DNA from: Nitrospirota bacterium
GTDB lineage: Bacteria > Nitrospirota > Nitrospiria > Nitrospirales > Nitrospiraceae
Direction of reading: 5' to 3'
Length of the DNA: 64,000 nt
Assembly: GCA_963703955.1 (NCBI GenBank)
Contig: CAVPGK010000013.1
Coordinates: 1-64,000, forward strand
This document shows positions 40,055 to 49,945 of the stretch, piece after piece; within the stretch, counting starts at the first letter, position 1; each line of letters starts with the position of its first letter. Made by a program: the position numbers and the translations under genes. The notes under the pieces are model-generated. The model saw only the letters and a list, made by a program, of their open reading frames with translations. It searched no databases and was not told the origin of the DNA.

Positions 40055-41566
40055 TCATGATCGTATCATTGGCTCTTTGCGCCACTCGGCGCGGCAACGC
40101 CAGAAGATGTGCAGTGAAAACGGAAACTGAACTGATACGACGACCGCCAGATAGGCGGCTGTAATTCCGACCGCTCCAAAGTGGGTTCCGAGAAGGACAG
40201 CGAGCAGCAGTGTGAAGATAGCAGTGCAAAGAAAGATAGTCGCCAATGTTTCTCGTTTGTGTGCTCTCAGATAAGTCCACAGACAAGTCGTAGCCGAAGT
40301 CATCACGGTTGCCAGAAGAAACAACCCAGCGGGTAGTGGTTGAAGAATGCGGGACGCCAGCGGGTGGCGAAAAGCGTGCAGTTCGTAAATCAACCCAAAG
40401 ATTGCGGCGGCCCCACAACAAACCACGACGAGAGATACAATAAATGACCTTAAGAAAAGCTGGTCCAGTTCTCTATATTTTTGCTGGGCAACCAGCATAC
40501 CGAACCGCGGGGCTTTTGTCACAACCCAATTGGATGACATTGCAAGAAGAACGCTGCACAATGTTGCCGTCAATCCCATCTGTCCAGCGGCAACCGGTCC
40601 AGAGAGCTGAAACAGAATGGGCGCAAAAAGGGATATGGTGAAGTATCCGCTGAGCCAACTGACCGCGATTCTCCACTGCACCGGCCACACGTCCCGAAGC
40701 CAACTCAGGCGAGAGCCGAGAGGAGTGGCAAGAAGTAAGGAAAGAAACGCAGAAGACTGGGTCCGCAGAAATATTATGCTCCAAATGAGACCGATGGCCA
40801 CGGCTATGGGGAGCGTCCACAATTTAGCCCCAAGCAGAATAGCAGCCCACAGCGACAAACCGTTTAGTATCTGGTGGACAAACCGATAGAACCAGAATTG
40901 TGAGGCCTGATCACACCCTTGAAATACGTAAAATGTTGAACCCAAGAGAACATTCAGGCCAATGCCCAGGCATAGGGCAAACCAAGGCCACGTCCAGTCA
41001 ATGCCCTGCATCGGTGACTGTGAAAAGAAATAGTAACCGGTAGGTCCAAGAACAAGAAGAACGAGGATGGCTGAAAGCCCGTACCACGTAAATGACAGCC
41101 TGCTCAGACTGACTAATCTTGAGAGTGAGTCGGGGTCTCCGGTGATACGGCCGTTGCCGTCGATCCTAAGGTTTGCCCATTCGTGACTGGCGAACTGAAT
41201 AATGGCCTGCCCAAGGCCGAGTTCTATCAGGAACTGAAGAGCTGTTAAGCTTCCAAAAGTGTAATAGAACCCCTGGAGCTCAGGTGCAAAATGCGTTGCA
41301 ACTAACAGAGCGGTCACTGGTCCAAGGACCAGTGATGCCGTATTTGTGAGAACCGCAAAGACAGCAGCCCGATCAATTACCGTCACGCATTGAACATTCG
41401 CATGTCCATCACCGCCGTCAGCGCTTCTTGTTGATTGCAACGACAGTTCAGGCTGTTTCACAGGTATTACAGAAATTTGAGTCTCCATTGTTTCCGGTAG
41501 AACCCCGAGCTTCATCTTCAGGGGTAGCCGCCCACGTTGATTTTCCGTCTCGTGCGGGAGTTGCAC
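40055..41566 (-). CDS. Wzx-like polysaccharide flippase
   Basis: About 12 TM segments, QGFYYTF, ELGL, QWRIAVSWLSGYF. Confidence 0.75.
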   Translation of the reverse strand: MQLPHETENQRGRLPLKMKLGVLPETMETQISVIPVKQPELSLQSTRSADGGDGHANVQCVTVIDRAAVFAVLTNTASLVLGPVTALLVATHFAPELQGFYYTFGSLTALQFLIELGLGQAIIQFASHEWANLRIDGNGRITGDPDSLSRLVSLSRLSFTWYGLSAILVLLVLGPTGYYFFSQSPMQGIDWTWPWFALCLGIGLNVLLGSTFYVFQGCDQASQFWFYRFVHQILNGLSLWAAILLGAKLWTLPIAVAIGLIWSIIFLRTQSSAFLSLLLATPLGSRLSWLRDVWPVQWRIAVSWLSGYFTISLFAPILFQLSGPVAAGQMGLTATLCSVLLAMSSNWVVTKAPRFGMLVAQQKYRELDQLFLRSFIVSLVVVCCGAAAIFGLIYELHAFRHPLASRILQPLPAGLFLLATVMTSATTCLWTYLRAHKRETLATIFLCTAIFTLLLAVLLGTHFGAVGITAAYLAVVVSVQFPFSLHIFWRCRAEWRKEPMIRS

Positions 41567-41637
41567 TTTTCCGCTCTTATCACCCCGTGGTGATTATGAT
41601 TGTCACCAGAGCATCCAGGGTTCTGGGCTGCTCCACT

Positions 41638-42516
41638 TTAAGGATTGGACACGCTTCTGGAAAACACATAGATCTGCGGGGCAACTTGCGGCATAGCATT
41701 CGTAATCCAAAAACCAACTCTTCGAATAATCTCAAAGAGCGATAGAGGTCTTGGATACAGCGCAACGGCCCCAATTTTGAGTACCCGTAGATTGCATTTT
41801 TCACAGACTAACCGAAGTGTCAAAGGAGAATAATATGCCACATGCTCGTGTGGGCTCCAGGAGAACCTCGATTTGGGCCAACCGAAGGATAATAATCGGT
41901 TCTTGATGACCATAGGTCGTTCCGCCGGAACCGCCGCAAACAAAAGACCTGCTGGTGACAAACCATTGGCAAGTTCGCTCAGGAATTCCACAGGGTCTCT
42001 GATATGCTCGAGTACATCCCAGAGGGTAATCAAATCAAAACCCGGCAAATCGCCATTGAAGTTCGCACGATACTCGCGCAAGCTTGTTGCGCAGAGGACG
42101 TTGGGAAATCGTTGGCTGGCGTAGCTGCTCTGAGCAAGAGAAGCGTCAAAGCCATAACACTCGTATTCTTTCTTGGCAAAATCAAGCCATCCACCAACTC
42201 CACAGCCCACATCCAACAAGGTACGCCGAGATCGACTTTGATGATGAGGGGCATGGAAGGCTCGAGCCTTGTTCAAGCATTGCCAGAAGGCCAGTTCTTT
42301 ATGCTTGGTCTGACGCCATATGTGTTCAGTGTTGAGGTCTTGGTCTTCCATTCTGACGTACCTTGGTGACACTTGAGCGTACTTCTCTCGAACGTAGACG
42401 AGTGAACAGTCAACACATCGGACAATGGTGAACGGCATTCCATGCTGAGCTTCTTTGCCGAGTATCACGTAGCGACCACTATGACAAAGCCGGCAAGCGT
42501 TTGCTGTCTCTGACAT
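41638..42516 (-). CDS. Class I SAM-dependent methyltransferase with N-terminal Cys motif
   Basis: CRLC...CVDC, LLDVGCGVG, WDVLEHIRDP. Confidence 0.88.
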   Translation of the reverse strand: MSETANACRLCHSGRYVILGKEAQHGMPFTIVRCVDCSLVYVREKYAQVSPRYVRMEDQDLNTEHIWRQTKHKELAFWQCLNKARAFHAPHHQSRSRRTLLDVGCGVGGWLDFAKKEYECYGFDASLAQSSYASQRFPNVLCATSLREYRANFNGDLPGFDLITLWDVLEHIRDPVEFLSELANGLSPAGLLFAAVPAERPMVIKNRLLSFGWPKSRFSWSPHEHVAYYSPLTLRLVCEKCNLRVLKIGAVALYPRPLSLFEIIRRVGFWITNAMPQVAPQIYVFSRSVSNP

Positions 42517-42560
42517 CTATGTGTTTCTCCGGCTTCGACAAGATCGGATATTTCCAGGCC

Positions 42561-45155
42561 CTAATTGGCATGACGCAGAATGGCGGAACCGAGGCCAGTG
42601 CCATCCTTGGGAGCCAATAGGCGTATGGGACCGAGAGTCGCACGGCGCTCGACAAATTGTCCGTTTTCCCGGATGACGGCGCCGTTGGTTAGAACGGCTT
42701 GTAATGGAAAGGTTCCCCCTTTGGTGTACAGATGGATGTAAGCCGTACGCCAGCCCGTCTCGGAAAGACTGGGCAGCGGGACGGGATTCTCACCCAATGT
42801 CATGCTCAGAGTTGGCCAGACGCCTCCGGCCGCCTCTCCGCGTATCGGAACAAAAAGCACGACTTCTCCGAGCGGTAACTCAATACGCGTGGTTGCTGTC
42901 AGTCCGGAGGAGAGCCATCCTTCAATCATTCCGGCCCATGTCCCTCCGGCTACGGCTTCAACGGGCAGCTGGCGACGGCCCCTTGATTGGCCGTAGCCGA
43001 TGACGAGAACCTCTTGAGCCGGAGTAAGGATGCGGAGGTCCGGATGGGCGTCTTGCTCCGCCCATCGGTCGGAAAATAGCTGCCGCTCCGTCAACTCACC
43101 TAATAGTAGACGTCTGACCTTTAAGTCGTCTGGTAGCAGACTTTTGACGGTCCTCAGGTCCGGGACGAATCGCCAGATCGCCTTCATGTATTCTAAAGGC
43201 AGGTCAGACGCTCCCTGTCGAATAAGGGTCATCGCTGATTCCTGCTCGTTGACGCTGAGATTCTCCCACTGCACGAGATACCACTTCGCCACGGCAAACC
43301 GCACGTTCGGCTCCGCGGGGGCAAGCTTGAGGGCGGCCTGAGCCGCACGGCCCGATAGGTGCAACTCTCCGCTTTGCAGTGCCGCCCATGCCAATGCCGC
43401 TTGGATCCTGGCATTGGCCGGATGCAACCGGAGGGCTCGTTCATACCATTCGGTCGCGGACGTCCAGGCTGTCTTTGTCCCTTCACTGATCGTCGGAAGC
43501 ATTGATGCGGTTCGCTCAAAGACCTGACCCAATTTGAACGCATGCGCTGGTTGCCAGGGCTCGATCTGCTGCGCCATTCGATAGGACTCTGCGGCCTTCT
43601 TCAGTAAGGCTTGCTGGTGGTCGCCTCTCATCGTTTCAGCTTGTTTCACCAACGCATCTCCGGCTCGGTCCAAGAAATCGGCGGACGCCGTCAACGCGCT
43701 GATCCCCATCCCTACGATCGCTGTGGACAACATGAGGCGTTGCAGCAATGATGACCTGGGTGACGTGCGCTGTTGCCCCCTTACCGAAGAACTCTGACTT
43801 CGATGGTGGACAATGACCCATCCCAGAGACAGAATCGCTGAGAGGACCAAAGCGTTGGCCGGCATACGCAGGGGAAATTCGACAAAGCTGAAAAGGAAGA
43901 CAGCCGAAGCTCCCACAAGACAACCCCACCCCAGGCCTCGAGCCAATGGGTCACGGCGCTTGAACCAAGCGGGAATCACGGTCTTGAGGTAGATGAGCAA
44001 CCCTATGGCAAACAGCCCGGCGTAGATGACCCCACCTTCAGCGAGTATCTCCAGCGGCTCATTATGGGTGTGGTCGAAAACTTCTTTAATGGGGATCGGC
44101 AAGAACCGAGAGATATTATCAACGAGGCCGCCGAGGCCGATCCCAACAAAGGGAGATGATTGAAACAGGTCGTAGGTCCCTTCCCACGCCGCAAGCCGAT
44201 ACGATTCCTCGATGACCTCGAAACGATTCGCCACGATTCTCAGTGCACGCCAAGTGCCGGTGATGAGCAAGACGGCCAGTGTCCCAAAGCCGAGCGACAG
44301 GAAACCAACGAACCGTCGCAAACTGCCCAACGATCCAAAGATTCCAAACAGAACCACCATGGCGAAAGACGTGATGAGGCCAGTCCGTGAGAAGGAAAAA
44401 ATGATGGCCACGAAAATGGTTAATGACACGACAAAGAGGGGGCTGATGCGCGCCCACCGATCGAACCTCATGCCTGATTCGGACAGCTCATTCGCCGCCT
44501 TGGCTGTCGAGTCCTCCTGCCAACGAAAGAGGATGAGTCCCATACTCAAGCCAATTGCCATAATCAGGAGCGCGGCAAAATGATTACGATTGACGAAGGT
44601 TCCTGACGCCGGTATGTCCAGTTTCCCCCCCAGGTGCGCTAATCCCATAATCGCTTCGCCCGCGCCGATCAGAATGATGGTCGTTGCCAGCATCAGCATC
44701 CTGCTACGGGTCCTGCAGAGTCGTGCGACTAGAGCGAACGCCGTACCATAAGCTCCGATAAGCAGGCCGATTTGAACTGTCGCTGCCGGTGTCGTGGATA
44801 GGGGCCTCCATACGTTGTTCTTGATTGATGTCGGGAGAGTCCACGAGTACAGATCGGACAAGGATGGCGAGAGGGCCGAGATCAGCCTCGGCGACAATGG
44901 GACGACCTGCAAGAATGCAAAGACCATCACGAGCATCCAACACAGCATCAAGATGCGAAACCGCCGTTCAACCGCCGGAGGCCATTGTGTGTGCCACACA
45001 TGTGGAAGTGCATGTGAGATCGCGAACAACGCAAGGAGGCCAAATGCCAGACAGGCCTGTGCGAGTGGTGAGACTGACGCGGATGGAAGGGGGGCTAAGA
45101 CCAGGAGCGCGAGGAGCCCGAACCAGACAAGCGTCTCAGTTCTATGCGAAGCCAT
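42561..45155 (-). CDS. O-antigen ligase (WaaL/Wzy_C) family protein with TPR repeats and extra C-terminal domain
   Basis: GTFVNRNHFA, FSRTG, HTHNEPLEILAEGG, EFPLRMPAN, TPR-like ALRLHPANA. Confidence 0.85.
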   Translation of the reverse strand: MASHRTETLVWFGLLALLVLAPLPSASVSPLAQACLAFGLLALFAISHALPHVWHTQWPPAVERRFRILMLCWMLVMVFAFLQVVPLSPRLISALSPSLSDLYSWTLPTSIKNNVWRPLSTTPAATVQIGLLIGAYGTAFALVARLCRTRSRMLMLATTIILIGAGEAIMGLAHLGGKLDIPASGTFVNRNHFAALLIMAIGLSMGLILFRWQEDSTAKAANELSESGMRFDRWARISPLFVVSLTIFVAIIFSFSRTGLITSFAMVVLFGIFGSLGSLRRFVGFLSLGFGTLAVLLITGTWRALRIVANRFEVIEESYRLAAWEGTYDLFQSSPFVGIGLGGLVDNISRFLPIPIKEVFDHTHNEPLEILAEGGVIYAGLFAIGLLIYLKTVIPAWFKRRDPLARGLGWGCLVGASAVFLFSFVEFPLRMPANALVLSAILSLGWVIVHHRSQSSSVRGQQRTSPRSSLLQRLMLSTAIVGMGISALTASADFLDRAGDALVKQAETMRGDHQQALLKKAAESYRMAQQIEPWQPAHAFKLGQVFERTASMLPTISEGTKTAWTSATEWYERALRLHPANARIQAALAWAALQSGELHLSGRAAQAALKLAPAEPNVRFAVAKWYLVQWENLSVNEQESAMTLIRQGASDLPLEYMKAIWRFVPDLRTVKSLLPDDLKVRRLLLGELTERQLFSDRWAEQDAHPDLRILTPAQEVLVIGYGQSRGRRQLPVEAVAGGTWAGMIEGWLSSGLTATTRIELPLGEVVLFVPIRGEAAGGVWPTLSMTLGENPVPLPSLSETGWRTAYIHLYTKGGTFPLQAVLTNGAVIRENGQFVERRATLGPIRLLAPKDGTGLGSAILRHAN

Positions 45156-45171
45156 ACGTCCCTGTGAAGCA

Positions 45172-47406
45172 CTACGTACGCTTCACCAATGACTTGTCCG
45201 GTGCCCGGCCGTAGTATCTCTTGTAGTATCCCACGTAGTAGGCCGACAGCTCACGAGCCTTGAGGCGCTGGAGAACCACACCTAGTACTTTGGTCTTTCC
45301 GTCTCGCAGCACGCGGGCCGCCATGCCGGCCGCATGACGGGTGGTATGCGCCGCTCGAATGACGAGAATCACCCCATCCACGCTGTGACCAACGATCACT
45401 GGGTCGGTCACAGCTAAAACAGGAGAAGAATCCACGACGGTATAGATCTCTTCCTTTTTGAAACTCTCCAAGAGGTCCAGCATCCGCTGCGATTGGAGCA
45501 ACTCTGCCGGGTTCGGAGGAATCGCTCCGCATGGAACGACCTTGAGGTTAGGAACCTGGGTCGGCTGCATCACTTCATGGAGTCCTACTTCCCCCACCAG
45601 ATAGTGGCTAAGGCCTCGTGTGAGGTTCAGGCCGAACACTTTCTGTAGACGGGGCTTTCGGAAGTCGCCTTCGAGCAAGACCGTGGGGCGGCCCAATTGC
45701 GCGAACGAGATCGCAAGGTTGATTGAAAATGCGGACTTGCCCTCTGCTTCTGTGGCGCTGGTGACGAGAAACGAAGTCGGCGGCTTGTCGGCGGCCGATA
45801 GAATCAGGCTGGTCCGAATCGTGCGGAGGTGTTCAGCGAGGATTGATTGCGGTGTCTCATGTGTGGCGAGATCAACCCCTTGCGAGTTCTTTCCGGATTC
45901 GCTGAAGACAGGGAGAAAGCCCAAGAAGGCCAGCCCAGGTAGGTAGTGGCCGATATCTTCAGGCGTTTTGATCGTGCTGTCCATGTATTCCAGGAAGAAG
46001 GCCAAGCCGACCCCGGCTAAGAGGCCGAGCAGAGTGGCTAGGAACACGGTTTGGATCTTTCGCGGCTTGACCGGCTCGAGGGAGACTATCGCCGGGTCCG
46101 CCACATAAATATTGCTGGTGCGTATTTCTGTGGCGATATCGGTCTCCTTCATTCGTTTGAGAAACATTTCATAGAGCTGCCGGTTACTCTGGACTTCCCG
46201 CTCCAGGATGCCGAACTGGACCTCGTGTTGTCCGGCCGCCATGACGTCGACCTTTTGCTGATTCAGCGCATTTCGAATCACCCGCTCACGCGCCAGGGCG
46301 ACATCGTACTCCGCCTTGCTGGATGCATAGATCTTCTTGATCTCAGCCTGAATGCCGGCCTGCAGTTCCCGTAACTCCGATGCTGCTTGCACCATGGCCG
46401 GATGCTTGGGGCCGTACTTATCGCTCAATTCGGCGACCTTTTGCGCCACCTGAACCTCTTGAGCCCGGAGATTCTGGATCAGGAGTGAACCGAGCACTTC
46501 GGCTGAGGATTCCACGGCTCGGGGATCTCCCAGGACGGAAGCCAGTTGCTTGAATCGCGCCTCGGCTTCGACCCGCTTGGTTTCCGCGTGCACCAATTGT
46601 GTGTTGAGATCTCCTAGCTTCTGTGTCACCAGTCGTTTTCTATCGTCAACGCTGACAAGACCATAGCGGCTGGCGAACTCATGCAGAGTCCTCTCCGACT
46701 GCTCGACCTTCCGCCGAAGGTCGCCCACCCGCGCGGCAATCCACCTGGAAGCTTCCTCAGATGCGCCGACCTTCATCTCCAGCGACCGCGTAATGTACAC
46801 GGAGGCGATGGTATTGGCCGAGTCTGCTGCAAGCTGCGGGTCCACGGACTCGACCGTGACGCGAACGATTCGACTATTCGGCACAGGTTTGATGGTGACG
46901 TGGTCTCGAAAATCATTGACCAGCCGGCGCGTAGCCTCGGCTTCCGGTAAAGGAGCTGATGGATCGGCTGAGCCGGTCACCATCGTGGTGAGCAGCGCGA
47001 TGGTCGTCTTGAGCCCTTGGAGTCGTGATTCAAGGAAACCCAACGGCTTCGGTGAATATTCTGGATGGGCCTTGAGGTCAAGCCTTCCCGCTGCTACCTG
47101 AAGAATCTGATGACTTTTTAGCAGTTCATACTGAGTCTTATAATAGTCAATGCTGACATTGGTAGGGACGTAGACCTCCTCAACCACCTTCGACATGACA
47201 TTGGGACCTGACGGTTCAACCAGCAAGCTGACGGTCGATTCGTACACTGCCGGTTGTATCAGGAGATACAGGATCGCAGCCAGCACGACAGACACAAATA
47301 GACCCAAGACGGCCCATTTGCGTTTGAAGATCACGCGCAGATAGTCGCGGAGATGCGCCTCAACGGGCGATGCCAGGCCGGACGTCAGAGGAGTTGTCTG
47401 ATCCAT
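45172..47406 (-). CDS. wzc: Polysaccharide co-polymerase/tyrosine autokinase (Wzc-type)
   Basis: Two TMs, YGPKHP, TSATEAEGKS, GDFRKP, C-terminal YYVGYYKRYY Tyr cluster. Confidence 0.92.
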   Translation of the reverse strand: MDQTTPLTSGLASPVEAHLRDYLRVIFKRKWAVLGLFVSVVLAAILYLLIQPAVYESTVSLLVEPSGPNVMSKVVEEVYVPTNVSIDYYKTQYELLKSHQILQVAAGRLDLKAHPEYSPKPLGFLESRLQGLKTTIALLTTMVTGSADPSAPLPEAEATRRLVNDFRDHVTIKPVPNSRIVRVTVESVDPQLAADSANTIASVYITRSLEMKVGASEEASRWIAARVGDLRRKVEQSERTLHEFASRYGLVSVDDRKRLVTQKLGDLNTQLVHAETKRVEAEARFKQLASVLGDPRAVESSAEVLGSLLIQNLRAQEVQVAQKVAELSDKYGPKHPAMVQAASELRELQAGIQAEIKKIYASSKAEYDVALARERVIRNALNQQKVDVMAAGQHEVQFGILEREVQSNRQLYEMFLKRMKETDIATEIRTSNIYVADPAIVSLEPVKPRKIQTVFLATLLGLLAGVGLAFFLEYMDSTIKTPEDIGHYLPGLAFLGFLPVFSESGKNSQGVDLATHETPQSILAEHLRTIRTSLILSAADKPPTSFLVTSATEAEGKSAFSINLAISFAQLGRPTVLLEGDFRKPRLQKVFGLNLTRGLSHYLVGEVGLHEVMQPTQVPNLKVVPCGAIPPNPAELLQSQRMLDLLESFKKEEIYTVVDSSPVLAVTDPVIVGHSVDGVILVIRAAHTTRHAAGMAARVLRDGKTKVLGVVLQRLKARELSAYYVGYYKRYYGRAPDKSLVKRT

Positions 47407-47409
47407 GGG

Positions 47410-48108
47410 TCAGAAAAAGCTTTCCGGGACGACGATCACGTCGTCGGGATACACCGGATCTTTCAGGCTCGCCGAGATTGTCAGCTCTTCCTTCTCTTTC
47501 AGGCGCTTGATCTTAATCCGGCCCGGCGCGGCCTTGTCGGTAAAGCCCCCAGCCAGTGTGACTGCCTTGAGAACCGTGAGTCCCTCTTCATAGGGATAGC
47601 CGCCTGGGGTCTTCACCTCGCCCGATACGAAAAAATTCCGGTACCGGGTGATATAGATGCTGACACGTGGATGCTTGAGATATCCATCGGCCAGCCGATC
47701 GGCGATCAGTTGCTCGGTTTCTTTGGCCGTGAGGCCTTGAATTTCAAGGACGCCAAGCAAGGGCAGGGCAATCTTTCCATCTCCGCTGACTTTTGTCTCT
47801 GTTGAGAGCGCTTCTTCTCCGAACACTTGGACCTTGATGACATCGTTGGCCCCCAGGCGGTAGCCTGGGTTCGGCGTACTTCCCATCCCAAGGTTAGGGA
47901 CATCCGGCGGTCTAGGATTGGACTTTGAAGCTGCCACTGATGGATGAGGGAAGCAGAGATTAAGAAAGAAGGCAAAGAGGATTAGAACTGCGCTTGGACC
48001 GACAACATCAAGACGCTTGCGTTGTACTGTACGCTGTCGAAATTCGAGAGGCGTTGCGTATAGAAATAGCTGGCCCGAGCGCCAAGCCATGGTTGGATCT
48101 GATACCAT
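47410..48108 (-). CDS. Short OPX (Wza-family) export protein, Poly_export plus SLBB only; start uncertain
   Basis: YRLGANDVIKVQVFGEE, GKIALPLLG, VSGEVKTPG, ends VPESFF without an OM helix. Confidence 0.88.
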   Translation of the reverse strand: MVSDPTMAWRSGQLFLYATPLEFRQRTVQRKRLDVVGPSAVLILFAFFLNLCFPHPSVAASKSNPRPPDVPNLGMGSTPNPGYRLGANDVIKVQVFGEEALSTETKVSGDGKIALPLLGVLEIQGLTAKETEQLIADRLADGYLKHPRVSIYITRYRNFFVSGEVKTPGGYPYEEGLTVLKAVTLAGGFTDKAAPGRIKIKRLKEKEELTISASLKDPVYPDDVIVVPESFF

Positions 48109-49337
48109 ACGCCAGGCCCTATCGTGAGGTAGTCGTCCTTACGTAGCAGCGCCTTGCCATCGGCGAATATCGGATCAGAAAACCAGTCATGATCATACAG
48201 GAATTGGAACAGTGCCCGCCACTTTTTTGTCAGGTAGTGCCTGACGTCCACCCCTGCGCCGGTGCTGACGAAGAACCGGGTTCCTCCCAAGACTGTCTCG
48301 TTCGTCCGGCGAAAGACATTGAAGATGACTTCGGTCTGTTCCTGAGGAGTCCAGTAGACATTCCCATTGAAATATAACCCACTAAAGACGCCTGTGCCGC
48401 GTGTCGGTCCGGGGGGATTGTTGAACGTTTTTTGCTGCCAGCCCAGCGTGAGTTCTCCAGTGGTCTTTCCCGTCGCTTCCCATCGGGCGCCGCCCACTGT
48501 CGTAAAGGCGGTGCTATCGAGCGGCGTGTTGATCTCATACTCGTACGTGCCGATCCACTGTTCCATGAACAGATAGGTCTTCGGAGCTACCCGACCTCCC
48601 AAGGCCACGGCATAGTATGTCTCTTGTCTGTTCCGAGTATTAATGTCGCCCATGCTGGGCCCGCCCGTTGGGCCGGCGTTTGCACCGATGAATTGCCAGC
48701 GGATCGATTTGATTCGCGCCCGAACAAAGGCCTGTTTGGCATAGAGCGCCTCCACGCCAAAAATGGTGTTATAGAATTTGTTGGGCTCCTGAGCTCCTGT
48801 CGCCGTGGCTGTCGCTGTGGCAGATCCTAGATAGTCGTGACCGTCCTTGATCTCCTGCAGCAGGCTCAGCGTAAGGCCCCCTCTTAGATTAAAGACAAGG
48901 TTTGTGGCGATGGTCTGGTCTTCGACATTCTGGGAGGATTCGGAGGTGTAGCGTTCGATGTTCGTCCGGTAGTCAAACACTAACCTGTGGCGCCCCATGA
49001 ACGGGAGCTGGAGCTGAATGCCTGGCGCGAGCGAAAAGTACCAATCCGATACCCTCGGTCCAAATGGGCTCTTGGTTCTGAAGACGTTATCCGTAAAGGT
49101 TAAGGCCATCCCAAAATGGGGATGCACGATCACGGGTCCGGCCCTGAGGTTCCCGACCTCGATCAACGGAACGTACATGCTGAACGGGTTGGGATAGATT
49201 TCGTAGCCGACATTCGTGTACCGGGCTTGTTGGGTTAGGTAAGGATTTAAAGGAACGAGCTGCGCATCGACCGGATGGGTGGCGACGGCGCTGAGAACGA
49301 CCAGCCCCACGATGAATACGATCCGAAATGTCCTCAT
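47982..49337 (-). CDS. Outer-membrane beta-barrel protein of polysaccharide export (EpsX/VpsM-like)
   Basis: Signal peptide, TDNVF, alternating aromatic strands, C-terminal F; directly upstream of OPX. Confidence 0.8.
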   Translation of the reverse strand: MRTFRIVFIVGLVVLSAVATHPVDAQLVPLNPYLTQQARYTNVGYEIYPNPFSMYVPLIEVGNLRAGPVIVHPHFGMALTFTDNVFRTKSPFGPRVSDWYFSLAPGIQLQLPFMGRHRLVFDYRTNIERYTSESSQNVEDQTIATNLVFNLRGGLTLSLLQEIKDGHDYLGSATATATATGAQEPNKFYNTIFGVEALYAKQAFVRARIKSIRWQFIGANAGPTGGPSMGDINTRNRQETYYAVALGGRVAPKTYLFMEQWIGTYEYEINTPLDSTAFTTVGGARWEATGKTTGELTLGWQQKTFNNPPGPTRGTGVFSGLYFNGNVYWTPQEQTEVIFNVFRRTNETVLGGTRFFVSTGAGVDVRHYLTKKWRALFQFLYDHDWFSDPIFADGKALLRKDDYLTIGPGVWYQIQPWLGARASYFYTQRLSNFDSVQYNASVLMLSVQAQF

Positions 49338-49459
49338 AAGCCTCGTGGGTGGAGCCGCATTCTCGGAGAAAAAGGAGGTACAGGGTTATAAGGCAGGGCT
49401 TATACCAAACCGCTCTTCATGACTCAACACAAAAATCTCAGTGAAGTCGGGAATGTCAT

Positions 49460-49927
49460 CTACTTGAGAAGTGCCGGAAGGAGACTACGGATTCGTTGGT
49501 CGAGTTCATCGCGGACAGTCCGGTAAGTCCGCAGGACCAACCAGTCTGGGCCCCATGATTTGGACGGGTCGTCGATACTCCAGTGGAGGCGGTGTTGGCT
49601 GGCCGGCCCGCATGGAGAAAGGGATCGGGCGTAGTCGCAAAGCGTGACCACCAAATCCATATCCTCAATTGGCACGTCCTCCAAACTCCTGCGGGCATGA
49701 TGGGCGATGTCGATATTAAGTTCCGCCATCACCCGAACGGCTCTCGGGTTTAAGGGGGCCGGGATCACGCCGGCACTGACCGCTTCGATTCGTCCCATCC
49801 CGTAGTGGCGGGCCAGACCCTCGGCCATCGGGCTTCGGCACGCATTCCCGGTGCAAATAAACAGCACACGAAGTGGACCTGGCTTTTGATCGGGCGGAGA
49901 TGCGATGAGACCGTGCTGCGGGTTCAT
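49460..49927 (-). CDS. LMW protein tyrosine phosphatase/ArsC-family protein
   Basis: VLFICTGNACRSPMAE, VTLC, HWSIDDP. Confidence 0.9.
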   Translation of the reverse strand: MNPQHGLIASPPDQKPGPLRVLFICTGNACRSPMAEGLARHYGMGRIEAVSAGVIPAPLNPRAVRVMAELNIDIAHHARRSLEDVPIEDMDLVVTLCDYARSLSPCGPASQHRLHWSIDDPSKSWGPDWLVLRTYRTVRDELDQRIRSLLPALLK

Positions 49928-49945
49928 ACAGAAGGTTGACAGCGG

